The notes beneath the pieces were generated by a model that did no database searches, was not told the origin of the DNA, and worked only from the letters and a program-made list of their open reading frames with translations. From Diadema antillarum (Eukaryota): a stretch of DNA of 64,000 nucleotides. The position numbers and the translations under genes are program-made. The stretch covers positions 310,001 through 374,000 of the forward strand of contig NW_027271595.1 in assembly GCF_040938485.1 (NCBI RefSeq), read 5' to 3'. Positions 49,833 to 62,969 of the stretch are shown in pieces. Positions within the stretch are counted from its first letter, which is position 1; every line of letters begins with the position of its first letter.

Positions 49833-51604
49833 CTAGAACTATGCAGCGCCACAGATCGCATATGTAAATTGCACACCGTATTACCGCGTATGGCTACGTG
49901 GGCCCGGCCGAATAGCATGTATGGGATCAATGGACTAGGGGTTTTAGCAAGCAGAGAAACTCTGCGAGACACCGTCACATGTGTAAGCAGCTGCAAGAGG
50001 TGATCGTCATTAAGTGTACCATTATTCTTATATTTCAAGAATCTACCATACGGCTGGTTAATTTATCGTATAGCCTGTAGGCCTAGATATAGTTATATTA
50101 GTTAAATATCAAAAATGCTGTAGCTTCTCACTTGTGTTTTCAATTTTAGACAGATTGCATCTGTCACCCGGCTCACGGTTGTTGATGCCGTTGCCCTCGA
50201 TATCCCATGCATAGTGGCAGTTGCATCTAGCACACCTCCAGTCGCGTAGAAGTTCTATGTGGTACAAACTTGCAGAAGAGGTGACAGTGCCTGGCTGCGG
50301 TTGGTGTCATGCTTAATTGTTTGTTCCAGCACCAACACCAACTCGATGAGACCCTCGTGAGAAAATCTGTATTTCCTCCACAGATCTTCCGGACTCCAGT
50401 TCAAAGGATTTGTGCGGTGTCGGACGACTCTTTCCCTTCTCAGGGCCCTTCTTGCCGCTTGGTCAGGCAATATCACAACTGCTACAGCAGCCATCTTGCT
50501 TGCTTCTCTGACTACACTTGGATAGAGTTATTAGGTGATGTGGATCAACGATTAAAGTTACAGTTGATTTGTGGAAGTTAGAGTGTATTTTGTAAACTTA
50601 CCAGTTGATTTGGAAGGAAGTTAACTTTGATTACAACTCATGGTGTCTTGATAAAACGGACTTGGAGTTGATTTGGAAGTTAATCATAGATTAAGTGGAC
50701 TTGGAGTTGATATGAGAAGTTAATGATCGATTATCTTGACTTAGAGTTAATTTCATCTTTTGATAAAACGGGGCCCTGGACTTTACAACTCCAAATACTA
50801 AGTTATCCCTCGTGCACTTTTATTTAATCTTGGCCTGTGGCCTCCGAGAATCAAAACAGCACTTGTGAAAACTTTATTTTGTTGTTCTATAATCTAGTTT
50901 AGTACATAATAGAGCATGCATTAATTGTATGTTTCACGTTCACTGGGTGTATGTGGTTGACTTAATTGTGCATCTGTAAATAGTACTTGTGACATCAATT
51001 TCTTCCTAGCTATTGCCACACAAGTAAGCATTACAATATAAATTTACTGGACCCAACAACATCAACAAAACAATATACACAATCATAATAAGAGAATTAG
51101 GATAACCATTATTATTTTATGCAATCAACCTTGATGTCAAATTTCAGTACATTTTGCACATAGATTATCACAGACTGTAACACAGTAGGAGCACAGACTT
51201 GACTGAGACTTGTTGCTGTTATGACACCAACTCCTGACTATATCCTTGGAGAGTATTATGAAAAAGGTATGAATTGTAGTACAGGTTGTGTAAACTGTAG
51301 TGGTTTCATGTGGAAAGCACAAAACTAACATTAGCCAATTTCGAGGTTTTCAATATCTTACTTACATGTAGGTCCTTTAGAATCATATTAAAGATGTAAA
51401 AGAAAAGGAAGACGATAGCAACATCTGAAAGAAAGCCTCTTGATGGGGACAAGGTCAAAACATTGCAGAAAAAGCACACACATAAGTGCTGGTTAATCTT
51501 AATCTTAGTTGAAGTTGTTTGCTTTTATTCTGATTTTTAGTTATTTTAGTTGTGAATATTTATGCCTTAGGTACTGGCGTCAGCAGTCTCACTAAAATCA
51601 TATA

Positions 51605-52060
51605 CTGTAAACGTGGAAATTTTCGCGGTACATTAATTTTCGCGGATTTCGCGCTACGTTCGGCTAGCGCGAATTCAAAAACGCGCGAATATATCTTCAC
51701 AATTTTCTATGCACATTTTGAACGGGATGAATTGTGTGCGCTTCATCGATGATACTGCTACGTAGTACAATGTACAGGCATGTTTACGCTACTAGTGCTG
51801 TGCGAAGAGACCGTGACTACGGTACTACAGTCACAGCTGTACTACGTATTTGAGTGTTTGTACTCGCAGTCGAGCCGCTCGCTACGTCGCTTGTCGTACG
51901 CTGGCATAGCAAGCTATGTAGCAGAGGCTTTGGATGAAAGCAGTGAATGTGTACTACAGTGAAGTAACCTGCTGTGGAGCACGAATTTAAGAACCCGCGA
52001 ATACGTTTTCGAGCCGCTCAGCGCGAAAAATTAATCGCGCGAAAATATTGACGTTTACAG
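51605..52060. mobile_element. Tc1/mariner-type MITE (CTGTA termini)
   Basis: TA TSD; CTGTAAACGTGGAAATTTTCGCG / CGCGAAAATATTGACGTTTACAG. Confidence 0.82.
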
Positions 52061-52789
52061 TACTGGCATACAACTATCTTACATTGGAGCTTTATTTAAC
52101 ACTTCAAGGGGGGGGGGGGGGTGAGAAGGTCCCCAAGGAAAAAGAAAAAGAAAACCAAACAAACAAATATCTAGCAAATATACAAAATCATAGTGACATG
52201 GAATCTTAAATTGTAATCTGACACAACTGTGCATGAGATTAGCCAATTTTTGGTATAAAAGGTGCTTGAGACACAAAAAAGGAGTTAACAGGGCATTGTT
52301 AGATCTTCTTGCAGTTTGAAATAATCACAAAAAATTAAGTGTGTGTGTGTATGTGGGGGGGGGGGGGTTAAGGGGGGCATCATAGCTTCCCCAGACTTTC
52401 TAAAGTTAAGGAGTACCTCATAAGTTCAGTGTTGAAACATGAAGCAATTGCTCTTTGAAATCTTACAAAAAAATATTTCATCACAAAGTAGAGAGTCTGA
52501 AAATACAAGACATACCAGAAATTCAATTTCTAGGCATCTTTATGAGCATGTAATCACAGTCATCATTATTATCATAGTTATCACCATTGGGAAACGGCTA
52601 TAGTTGGAGCAAGTCTTCATGTGTCTGTGTATGTTGTACACTCATTGCACTGGAAGTCACTGTGGGTGGGCTCCCTCTGTGTTTCCATGGCAACACAAGC
52701 ACATTAAGCACTCCACAGAAAATATTGCTCATTCCATACACACCTTTCTACTTCAAGTCACATGTAACAACTTATCATTCCTTCATGTG

Positions 52790-55700
52790 TTATGACTTCC
52801 TAGACATTTCTGAAAACTTCCTCAGTAGTTCGTCGGCTGCCATCCCCGATGTGCACCTGCCCGCCATCACCTCCTCCTCCCACCGCTGGATGTCCCCTCC
52901 CAGCTCCCTGCTCTCCCGGAACTGCTCCATCATCCGGTCCTTGATGTGTTGCCACATCCACACCCGCCGCTGCACCTGACGCTTTCTCACCAGCTCCCCC
53001 GCCCGGCTCATGATGCCTCGGTACTCCTCCATCGTCTGCCATGCCTTGTCCAGCCCATCACCCGTCTTGGAGGACACCTGTTTCACCTTCAGTGATTCAG
53101 TTTGTTTGAAAAAAGAAAAGAAGAAGAAGATGTCAGTAATAATTAAGGGTCACAGGATATATTTGGCAGGAAGAAACAAGTTGGAATATAAGTTATTCAT
53201 GAAACAGAAACCAAAGCCATAACTATTCCTTTGTCTTCTTCTATTTCTGCACAGTAGTAAAAGTTTTGTCTAGTATCTCCTCATTGCTCATAACTCACAT
53301 TGACAGCATTTGAATGCAAAAAGGCACCCTAAAATACTTCTCAGATTTGTTGGCAAAAGTAGAACAAACTAAAAAAACCCAGAAAAGCACAAGACCCTCC
53401 AAATCCAAAACTCCAGTAAACATTGAAAATTCAGTAGGTGACTTATATTACAAAGTTTAGAAACTGACATCATGCTATACATCACAGGAAAAGACAAAAA
53501 ACATACTGCTGAGCTCTTTGTTTGAGCATTCCCCTAACATGTTAGTAATTAATCGTATTAATCACACCAGACCTACTTTGCATGTCATTTTAAAAGCACT
53601 AATGAAGTGGCAGATACCAGCAACACAAGGTTTGAATTGGCATGGTGAAAATATGGCAAATATAACTTTTTCTTTTTTTTTTAATGGCGACCAAGTACAC
53701 CAAACCCACACTACAAGATTTAATGATATTTGTAAGGCTGACAACATTCAAACACCACAATCATGTTGTAATGCAGAAAGTGATAATTCCATAATATTGG
53801 AAGATTTCATATTTTCTCATCGGATATTAATAAATATACAATTTTGCCGGGAGCCTCCTCGTTTCCTTAAAAAGTGATCTCAGGAAAATATGTCCCCATT
53901 CCTGCTGGCATAGGATGGACATGACAAAAGATTTACAGGAATACCAAACAAATGATAAGAAATAATAGTGAAGTACATGCCCTATGCTTTGTCAGAGTGG
54001 GTTAATACTGGTATGTGAATAGCCAAATACAGGCCCTTATTAGGCCTTTCATATCAGTCGACTAATCTGATTTATCATAAATGAAGAACAAAGACGCTTG
54101 GATGAGCATTTCAAAGGGTGTGCTTTGGTGTGAACATTTACAAAACAAATCAAACCAAAAAGGTACCTTATGAATATGTTCTTCCATCTATGCCGAGAGT
54201 CACACTTGCAAATCTTTTGGAGAATCTTTTTTTTTTTTTTATGAGGTACTTGCGTGTTGGATAAGGAAAAAATAATAAATATAATTCTTATTAGGTAACA
54301 AAAATTCTTGAGACCATATCATATCCATCAAGAAATAATATCTGTGTAGATCTCTCACACATGTGTCTCCGCTCACTCTGGAAAGTAGGAATTACATCTT
54401 GAACAAACAAGGATCAGCTAAAATAAGTTCCACACCTGTGGCTTCCACAAGGGGGAGCGTGTGTACATGAGTTTGACGGCGCTGGTGTACTCGCTGCGTA
54501 TCCTCCTGGCCGGAATGAGGAGCTCTCCATCCGCCTTGTTGATGAGGATGAAGTCGGCTCGCTCGACGATGCCTTTCTTGAGGCCCTGCAGCTCGTCGCC
54601 CCCTGCTGGTGGGATCAGGAGAACCAGCATGTCCACCATGTCCGCCACCGCATACTCGGACTGGCCAACACCTGAATATAGATGACCGTTGCAACATGGA
54701 GTTACAAATAGCAAAAATGATGTATTTTCTTACTACATTGTTTTTGAAGGCAGCATATAAGGTTTCAGGTGAAATGGGGTGGTGTATAAGGCCAAGCCTG
54801 GAACAGGTTCTTGTACTTTGCACTGATACAGGTGCAACAGTAAAGCTGTTTCACACAATTTTTTTTTTTCAATGTAAAGTTGCTCACCAAAGAGTAGGAG
54901 AAAACAGCACTACTCAGCACTATTTTTTACACATTACATATACCAGTATGCTCACATTTTTTTTTTTTACCTAAGTAACCTACCTATCAAACGTTTAGTT
55001 TTCACAGTCAAGATGGATCTTGAACTGATGTCTTTTAAAAAAATAATCTATGGCAAGAGAATGGAAGTTTCATGTCTGGGTCATGTGTAAACTGAATTTG
55101 GCGTATGTCCTTAAGTGAAAACAAGCAAATCTCCCAGAGTGCTTGCTCAGTGACATATAGGACATATAGACTGTGACATGTTCATCTTCTGTATACGTCA
55201 AATATTTAGCGAATCTAAATTTTTGCGAATCAGAACTTCCTGATGATTTCGCGAGTGGTTAAATTCGCAATCATAGAGTCCTGTACCGAATGGAGAATTG
55301 TATACGTGAGCATCACATTCATAGCGTGATCAGAGTCAATATTTTCATGTGTCCTTATTTACACGAATAGCACCTGACTTGCATAATTCGTGAAAATAAA
55401 TACCTCCCAAAATATTTGGTGTATACAGTATATCATGCTCATTATATATTGCCAAGTTGAGTTCAGACGAGTGCTTGCATTAGTTACCAATTGTTTCCAC
55501 TATGATGACATCGTAACCAGCAGCTTCGCAGAGCAGGATGGCATCGTTGGTGTTCCTGGTGACCCCGCCCAGTGTTCCTGAGGATGGTGAAGCTCTGATG
55601 TAGGCGTTGGGATCACGCGACAGCTCAGTCATACGCGTCTTGTCGCCAAGAAGCGAGCCTTCATTAATGACATGATGTGACAATGTGATTGTATTTGCAC

Positions 55701-57799
55701 AGAATCTGTCATAATATGTTGGAATATTCCAATTCATTGAAGACTACAATCCAGCTCAAGACAGCACAAGAAGCAAATGAGTTACCTTGTCTATTCAGTC
55801 TCAAATTTGCAGAATTTCTTGAAAAAAAACGGCTACAGCAATGATCCAGAATTTTATACACAATGTCGGACATATGTTAAAATGATTATCATGTTGGTAG
55901 CAATGTGATTTTATTGAATTCATTATGAATGGTCTTTAGAGGGAACTTTAACACATGACTCCCACTGGTTATTTCAGCTTGCAATAGAGGTTGACACAAA
56001 TCATGTCAAGCTTTCATAATCGTGAGTTAGGCGTTACAAAACATAAATCTGAATTCAGTGCTTGCCTGCTTGCCTGGGGCTACTGTAAGCAGCTATATGG
56101 AACGTAAAAGGAATGGGTATTTGTCTGTTCAAAATACAGTTGTATCAAGTCCATAGGGGTAACCCATTGAAGGCTAGTCCCAGAAATACTCAGGCAGGTG
56201 TCTATGGAAAATATGTGACTTGTGTTATATCAAAATAAGCCCATCCTCAACAGGTAAACCTAAGGCCAATTGGGCAAGTGAGAGATTTTTTTCCGGGTTA
56301 ATTATGACTTCTTTTCTGCTTAATAATGGTTGGTAAGTAGCTGCAAGAAAATATAAGAGACTACAATCCACAACACTTTGTCTCAGCATGATTCTTGAGC
56401 ACAACTGGAAGATTGCATCTAAAAGAAAAGAAAAAATCCAAATCACTCACCTCCTGTGATTGATGATGATGGATCTACAGCCAGCACTGCAACACGATGT
56501 CCCTGTGCAGTCAGTTTCTTGCCCATGGCTTCTATGAAAGTTGACTTGCCAGCCCCTGGTGGCCCCGTCAAACCTGTATGACCCCCGGGAGAAATAATCA
56601 AGAGTCAATTCAACATGACCCTCCTGACACTGGCAATTTACTAAGTTGCATGTAATACACTTCAAGGTGTACTGTGACACATTTAAATGCTGTTTTGAAA
56701 CCTTGAAATCATGAGATCTTCAAACATTGACAATTTATATTGCATTCAATTTGCAGCAGCCATGAGGCATGCACATTTCATTCATAGAGTTTCATAAAGA
56801 GAAAAAAATATTTCTAAACAGTAACAACTTTCACTTTTCATTTTCAAAATTTTGAGTTGGTAACAAGTAAATATACCTGTGGTCCAGCTCTGACAGGATC
56901 CTGAAGGTCTATCTTTAACTCCACAGCTTCATATCAATCTACTACTTGTCATCACAATGGATCACTGAACAGTATTTACGAACATACGCTTATTTCCCAT
57001 AGCAGTTTCTTTCCACAATTCTAAAAATATTGTGCTAAGATTCGTTGATGAATAAGCCACACAACTCGGGGAATTACCTACTATTCAACTCACCGATCCT
57101 GAAGGACGGGGGAATCCCCCTGTGCCGGATCTGCTCTTGCTTCAGATGTTCCAGGACCGCTCTGAGCAGGACCTGGGCCTGCATCTTGCCCTTCTTGTTT
57201 GTGGACTCCACAACGGTTATCGCCCGAGCCAGTGCCCATCTCTCGCCAGCTAGGAGGGCCTCACTGAGCTCCTTTGCATAGGCATCCTCTACCTGCTCTG
57301 CATCACTCTTGGGTGCTGCATCTGCACTCCATCTCGCCGTCCGGCTCAACTGGCAGACCGGTGATACCAATATGGATCTGCCATGTAGCAGTAGATTGCA
57401 ATTACTTTGAGTCACGTGTTGGAGTGCTCTGAGGTAGTTTTGATGCTGAGCACTGCGTGAATGCAAGTGTCCCTGAGGGAGTGGTTGGTAATGTGGTGCA
57501 CTGAGAAGTGAGAATGTCCTGGTGGGTGATGCACTGGGAGTACATGACTGTCCATGAAGACTTGCTGCTCCAAGATACGTACGCCAATTTTGACAAGTGC
57601 TCTTGCCACGTCCGCGTCCAACCTGGGGTCCTTCAGCCGTCCTAACCCAACTCACGTGACCAGGGTAAATTGTCCGCTGGCCGGAGTTGGCTGCCAGCGA
57701 TGACAGTGAGGCAATGCCGTCCTTCAGCTTCCTATGGCAGTGACTACAGACCACAGCCAAACCTCTCGCTCCTCTCATATTCTGCAGGAAAGCACTCAT
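52790..57799 (-). CDS. MMAA: Methylmalonic aciduria type A protein (MeaB/ArgK-family GTPase), coding exons 57799-57094, 56573-56451, 55658-55488, 54671-54436, 53086-52790; 510 aa
   Basis: GT-AG exons in frame. Motifs: [13 protein letters not shown]-loop [55 protein letters not shown]. Confidence 0.95.
55189..55428. mobile_element. Tc1/mariner-type MITE in an MMAA intron
   Basis: CTGTATACGTCAAATATTT / AAATATTTGGTGTATACAG-TA. Confidence 0.7.
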
Positions 57800-57937
57800 G
57801 GTGCTAACAAATCTCTCCAGATCATCAAACTCCTAAAGAGTGTAGTTGCAGATTGGTAGATATGTACAGAGATGTCTTTGGAAGTATTCTTCTTTCTTGA
57901 TTTTGTTCTAAATCTGTAAGAAAAGAAAAATGCATCA

Positions 57938-58709
57938 AGGCAATTCCGCGGTTAGTAACGTTACATTTAAAGAAATTTAGATATTTATTTTTACTACTAA
58001 ATCACCATTTATTCATTTCAAGTCAAAATCATTTTAAAACATGTTCATCCTTCCTAGGTCTATGATATAGAAAAGAATGAGTACAATCCAATAGATATTA
58101 GAATTGCTATGGCAACTAAAAGGGCTGGTTAGTAACGTTACGAAAAAAGGACATGACAAAAAAATCAATGTCTTGAAACAAAAAGTGTGCAAAATTTCAA
58201 GTTACTTGAAACAAAGTGTTGCATTAATTTCAATTATGTGTCATGACAAATGTTCACACAAATATTTTTAGCAGTTCGACCGATAATTTATTAGCTAGAC
58301 CCCAAATGCATGGTTAGTAACTTTACGGTTAGTAACGTTACATTTGTCCGGAGTAATTCCGCAGGTCATTTCACCCTTTTGTAATCAACAAAATGTTACA
58401 TGACATCTGGAGTATTTAAATGTATTCATCTTTTACCTTTTAGCAAAAATTTGAGGAAAAAATTTCAAAGCAACCCACTGTAATTTGCATTTAAGTGAAT
58501 TTCAGCATCCCCAGTCCCACATGTACATTTTAAATGATGGTTTTAGATCTCGCAAAATCAATGAATATGAAAAATAAAATCTACTGAATTTGAAAGACCT
58601 TAGTGATTGGTGAACATCCATGGCATTAGTTGATACCTAAATTAAAGAGTAAGATAAAGAGGCACATTTCTTTTATCCATGTCATGTCCACCTAACTGCG
58701 GAATTGCCC
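57938..58709. mobile_element. Sola2-like element, copy B, upstream of the first MMAA coding exon (acceptor at 57913)
   Basis: TSD ATCA/ATCA; reverse-complement homolog of 37846-38594. Confidence 0.8.
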
Positions 58710-60553
58710 ATCACATGTTTTCATAGAAATATATAGATTTCACTCAACGGGATGGGATTAAATGATTGAAAGATAATAAGAGATTAAAGCTTTCACATTC
58801 TTAATCATTCATCATTGGTTTGGGTAACATGGTACATTGAGAAACCTTGCATAAAACCAATAAATGCAGTAGTGGAAGCTCACTGGAAATTTGGAGATTT
58901 GAAATATTACTAAAATATAAATAATTAGAAATGTCACTACAGTGACTGGTATGCCTCCGCCATAATGCCTCCGCAGTAATGCCTGGGTCTCTCAATAGGT
59001 CTAGAGTACTTCTTGACAATGTGAGATGACATTTTCACATTTTCCCACCGAAAGTGAAAACACACATCCTGGTCTTCAAGACTAGAGAGGAGGCTTGATT
59101 GGATCGATACCCCCTCCTTCAATGAAAAATGAAAGCCAACCTTAACAATTTTCTCCCTGGAACTAGTATGAAAGACTAGACATTCTGCCTACTCCCTGAA
59201 ACCAAAAACATGATAACCACATATTTAGCTTTCATAACACAACTGGAAAAAAACAAAACAAAACTCAAGTTCATACACATTGCATGTCAACAAACGCACA
59301 CCATAACAATGGACGATAGTGCTGTGATTGGTTTAATAGTGATCACAGATGTCCGCACTTCATACAGAGAGAGATTCAGGACATTCATCTAACATGTCTA
59401 AGTAGCAAAAATGCAGTGCAGAGACTAAAAGTAGATCTGTAGAGTATGTGATGTGGTCATAAAGACTACAGATACTAAAAGTGAGTAAAACTAGGTGTTG
59501 GTGAACACAGCTTGCACAGCGCCGCTTTTACTGCACAGTCTATACACTTTATGCAGGCCACTTCGTTCTAAGTTTTGATAATATTCTTACAAAAATGTCT
59601 GGTGATTGATTAGGCCACGGAATTATCTTTCAGATCTGAGTGTAACTGTTAGAACCCAAGACAAGTGAGTTGCTGAAGGGCCAAGCAATTGAGCAAGGGT
59701 CGCTAACTCTAGAGCAGTTTGAGAGCCCCTTCCCCTCTTTCACCTGTTAGACTCTGAATTAATCATGAAAAGAGGGATATGTGTATAGAACTAACGTTAG
59801 ATCTCAATTACATACAACTTACCATTCTGTGTCTGTGATGATTTTATGAAGAGGCACAATTTCATAGACAACATAGACTCTAGTATTGTATTTTAGCGAC
59901 TACGTACCACAGCACAAGTGACTGATTCTGTGTTGGATAGGTGGCCACGATTTGCTTGTAAATTTACTGGGTTCGTATCTTCTCGTATTTGTATGGCGAT
60001 TCCAAGCCAGCCACGGAGATGAGAGAAAGCACAATTTTGCAGCGTATAAATTGCGAGTGTCCAAGAGAAAGCCGATAGCAATTGCAATACAACTGTACTA
60101 GTAGTCGTGCTGAAACGGAGTCTTCGCCTTCGCGGCGCCTAAGGTTGAGGCGTAGAAATCAGCAAATGCCCGCTGTAAGCTGCCAGACTGCTGCAGCTCC
60201 AAGTCTAGTCGTGTCCATCAAAGCAAGCAAGGTGGCGCATCTCTACGAAGTCAAGACCTGCGCCCTCTACGTTTCTGAGCGCGTTACAAACGTAACCCAC
60301 GACCACCGAACTAAAAGAATAGCTAGTTCGGTGCCCACGACCCCACAACAAGGTCAGTGGTTGTACAAGTACTGCAAAATCAATATTAGTGTACGTACTT
60401 ATATAGTAAGTGATATATTAGTACATGTACAATGTACCTTGTTTTCATACTATAATTTATGAGGAGCAGATCCATCCTGCTCACTTTTTTGGTATAGAAG
60501 TATAGATACAAATAAGCATGTATCAATTAGCGACTTCAACCTTCGCGAAATAT

Positions 60554-60608
60554 CGTATTTCAGTACTAATTGTAATTATTAAATAATTACAATTAGTACT
60601 GAAATACG
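60554..60608. repeat. Perfect AT-rich palindrome, 27-bp arms with a 1-nt centre
   Basis: CGTATTTCAGTACTAATTGTAATTATT-A-AATAATTACAATTAGTACTGAAATACG. Confidence 0.95.
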
Positions 60609-60847
60609 TAGAGCACTAAATCAATTTATGTGCATAATTATGTCACTTAAGACATACTGAAATGATAAAGTGAAAGTGATAAGAAAATACAGGATATCAT
60701 AATCATAACTTCTAGAATATTCCTTGTTATGTCACAAGTGAGGTATTACAGGAAAGGTTTAAATTTGCTCTATCTGATGATCGATAAACCGTACTTGGAA
60801 ATGTTTTAAAAATGGCGCTTATTTAGGTCATTTTGCAATAAAACTCT

Positions 60848-60849
<2 letters not shown>

Positions 60850-60899
<50 letters not shown>
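60850..60899. repeat. (TA)n microsatellite
   Basis: Direct reading of the sequence. Confidence 0.95.
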
Positions 60900-60905
<6 letters not shown>

Positions 60906-62668
60906 GCATACAAAAACATAAAAGTGGAATCGAAGAAAATTGATTACGAATTGTAGAGGTAAGAAAACCGCAAGTGTCAGACAATTAGAATTTGCCTCTT
61001 TTCCTCATTTAATTTACTTCTTGTTTCTTGTTATGTAAAATAATATCGTACTATACAAGTGGAAATTTACAGTTTTTACATAGGCCCTAATCAATGACTG
61101 ATTTTCTTTTGAAGTGAGTGATAAAAGACAATCAATCTGTCATAACTGATTTAGATTGAAGACAAATGTGCATAACTGACCAACAAACTAGATACATACT
61201 AAATACTACACGTTAAAGAGTTCGAATCCCCTGCTCTTTGTGTGCTTGACAATTCCAACATACTGTAGAAGACACTGTAGTTGACGTTAACGGAGAACTA
61301 CAGGACATTCAGAAAACTTTTCGAGGGATTCTATAATTCAATCTAATTCAAAGTTATTACTTTTTCACTTCTATGGTGAAACACGCGCTGATCAGTGTGG
61401 GTTTTATCAAAATGAACATCATACGTGCACACGAAAAAAAAATACGCATGTCAACACAAAGTAGTGAGACAGTTATAATGGAATTGAACTACTGTTAGTG
61501 AAAAATAAGAACGATGAAAAATTGTCTTTCTTGAGAGCTTGTAAGATCATGATGCGATGACAAAACTGAAGAATACGCACCTTTGTCATTATGGAAACCG
61601 AAATCCTTGACTTGGTCAATATCATCAAGGCGGTAGTATAAATGGGCAAATTCATCTTGAATGGGATTTGGAATCGTTACAAGAAGCCTAGGGGTATCCC
61701 CCCACCCTTTGAAGCAAGTGCGTATCTCCTCAAAAAGATTTTGTGTTGTCTCTTATGGTCGAATCCTCATTTATTTCTTACGCATCTCTACTCTTAATGA
61801 TAAGGCGTATGATAAGCATCATTGTAAGTAGACTATGTGATGTGATGCAGCCCTTTCTTAAACAGGAAAGAAATGCAAAGAAACCTTGTAGCATGAACGT
61901 TGCATTTTTCAAACGCAGTCACTGAATATAGAAAAACTGACAAATTAGAAATCGGTTTGTGTGTGAAATACTCTGTCTGATGCAGAACCACGTAAAGTAG
62001 AAAACGTAAAAATGAGGAAAACTGTGAAAGTGGATGGTTGAATGCTTTACACGAACAATTACTCAGTAATACTCTGTGACTGACCAGATTGTCTAGAATT
62101 ATACAAGAACAATAAACCAGTACGTAAATGAAACGGTTTGACAGCAGAGCTAGAGTGATATACGATTTCTTTTTATTCAGAGCGAAATGATGACAACATA
62201 ACATAATTGAATGCTTTAGAGTTGTTATTGTTTGTTCTTCTTATAATTTGTTTGCTTGTTCGTTCGTTGTTGTTGTTGGTTGTTGTTGTTGTTTGTTTGT
62301 TTTTTGGTTGGGTTTTTTTTTTTTTTTTTTGGGGGGGGGGGGGGGGTATCCATTTGAACATTATTGCAACCTGTATCAGGCAGCAAGATTTGAGTTTGTG
62401 TCTGTGTTATGTGAAGCGATGTCTATGACGCCGAGACCTTTCCCTATAGAGAGTCTACGTCTCCTCCATTCATTCATATACCTTCCTCTCTCATCAGCAT
62501 AAAACACAAACAAACATACAAACAAACAAACAAACATTAAACAAACAAACTGTTTTGGACTTGTTTCATGCATAGTTTTGTTGAAGTCAGAGCAATATTG
62601 TTATTGTTGCAACGGACAGAGTTGTTGTTGTCTAGCTATTGCTATAGTACCGGTAACAAAGGTTCCAT

Positions 62669-62868
62669 GACATTTGCTCCTGCGACAAGATTTATTGCTC
62701 CCATGAAATACCTACACGTTAAGCCAAACATACATCCTACCAACAAACATAACCATATAACCCTAATCCTAATCCTCACATCAAACTAGATCTAAAATGC
62801 TATTTGACCCTGACCCTAAGCCCTTTGAAGAAGTTTAGACCGGCGCAATTGTCGCAGGAGCGAATGTG
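62669..62868. mobile_element. Small TIR element with a degenerate telomere-like (CCCTAA) core, ~100 bp past the IDS stop
   Basis: TIR ACATTTGCTCCTGCGACAA / TTGTCGCAGGAGCGAATGT; internal ccctaatcctaatcct and gaccctgaccctaa. Confidence 0.65.
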
Positions 62869-62969
62869 TGTCACCGCTAGAAAAGAAAGAATCATCGCTG
62901 CTGTCCCTGGTCAACGACCATGTACCGGTTTGTATTTACGATCTACTCCTTAATCCTGTTCAGTATGAG

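Larger units (their letters stand above)
42653..50494 (-). pseudogene. Harbinger (HARBI1-family) DDE transposase, 5 exons: 50494-50132, 44534-44268, 43837-43701, 43366-43255, 42841-42653; 355 codons with two premature stops
   Basis: The spliced product contains KYRFS, FYATG, GCVDGTH, NRKGRHSINVQLVC, WPGSTHDSRIL, LLGDSGYPL, LLTPF and TRVLIEQVNGQLKQKFRCL. All introns are GT-AG and in phase. Stops are TAG at 50255-50257 and TGA at 44517-44519. Confidence 0.92.
27797..50775. mobile_element. Giant intron-containing PIF/Harbinger transposon (~22,980 bp)
   Basis: TIRs GGCCCTGTTTTATCAA and TTGATAAAACGGGGCC, with TSD CTG at 27794-27796 and 50776-50778. An internal ccgtttta repeat lies near both ends. 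It encloses a convergent transposase and Myb/SANT-like gene. Confidence 0.72.

Noticed and set aside
42653-50494. Calling the transposase the host gene HARBI1
   Set aside because: It is flanked by a TIR, has a paired Myb/SANT gene and carries two nonsense codons. Orthology to vertebrate HARBI1 cannot be shown without a phylogeny.
52790-57799. Bacterial MeaB/ArgK contamination or horizontal transfer
   Set aside because: It has spliceosomal introns, intronic MITEs and an N-terminal presequence, so it is ordinary nuclear MMAA.
60082-60462. 126-aa + strand ORF
   Set aside because: No recognisable domain; it overlaps a GC-rich promoter-like region where ORFs arise by chance.
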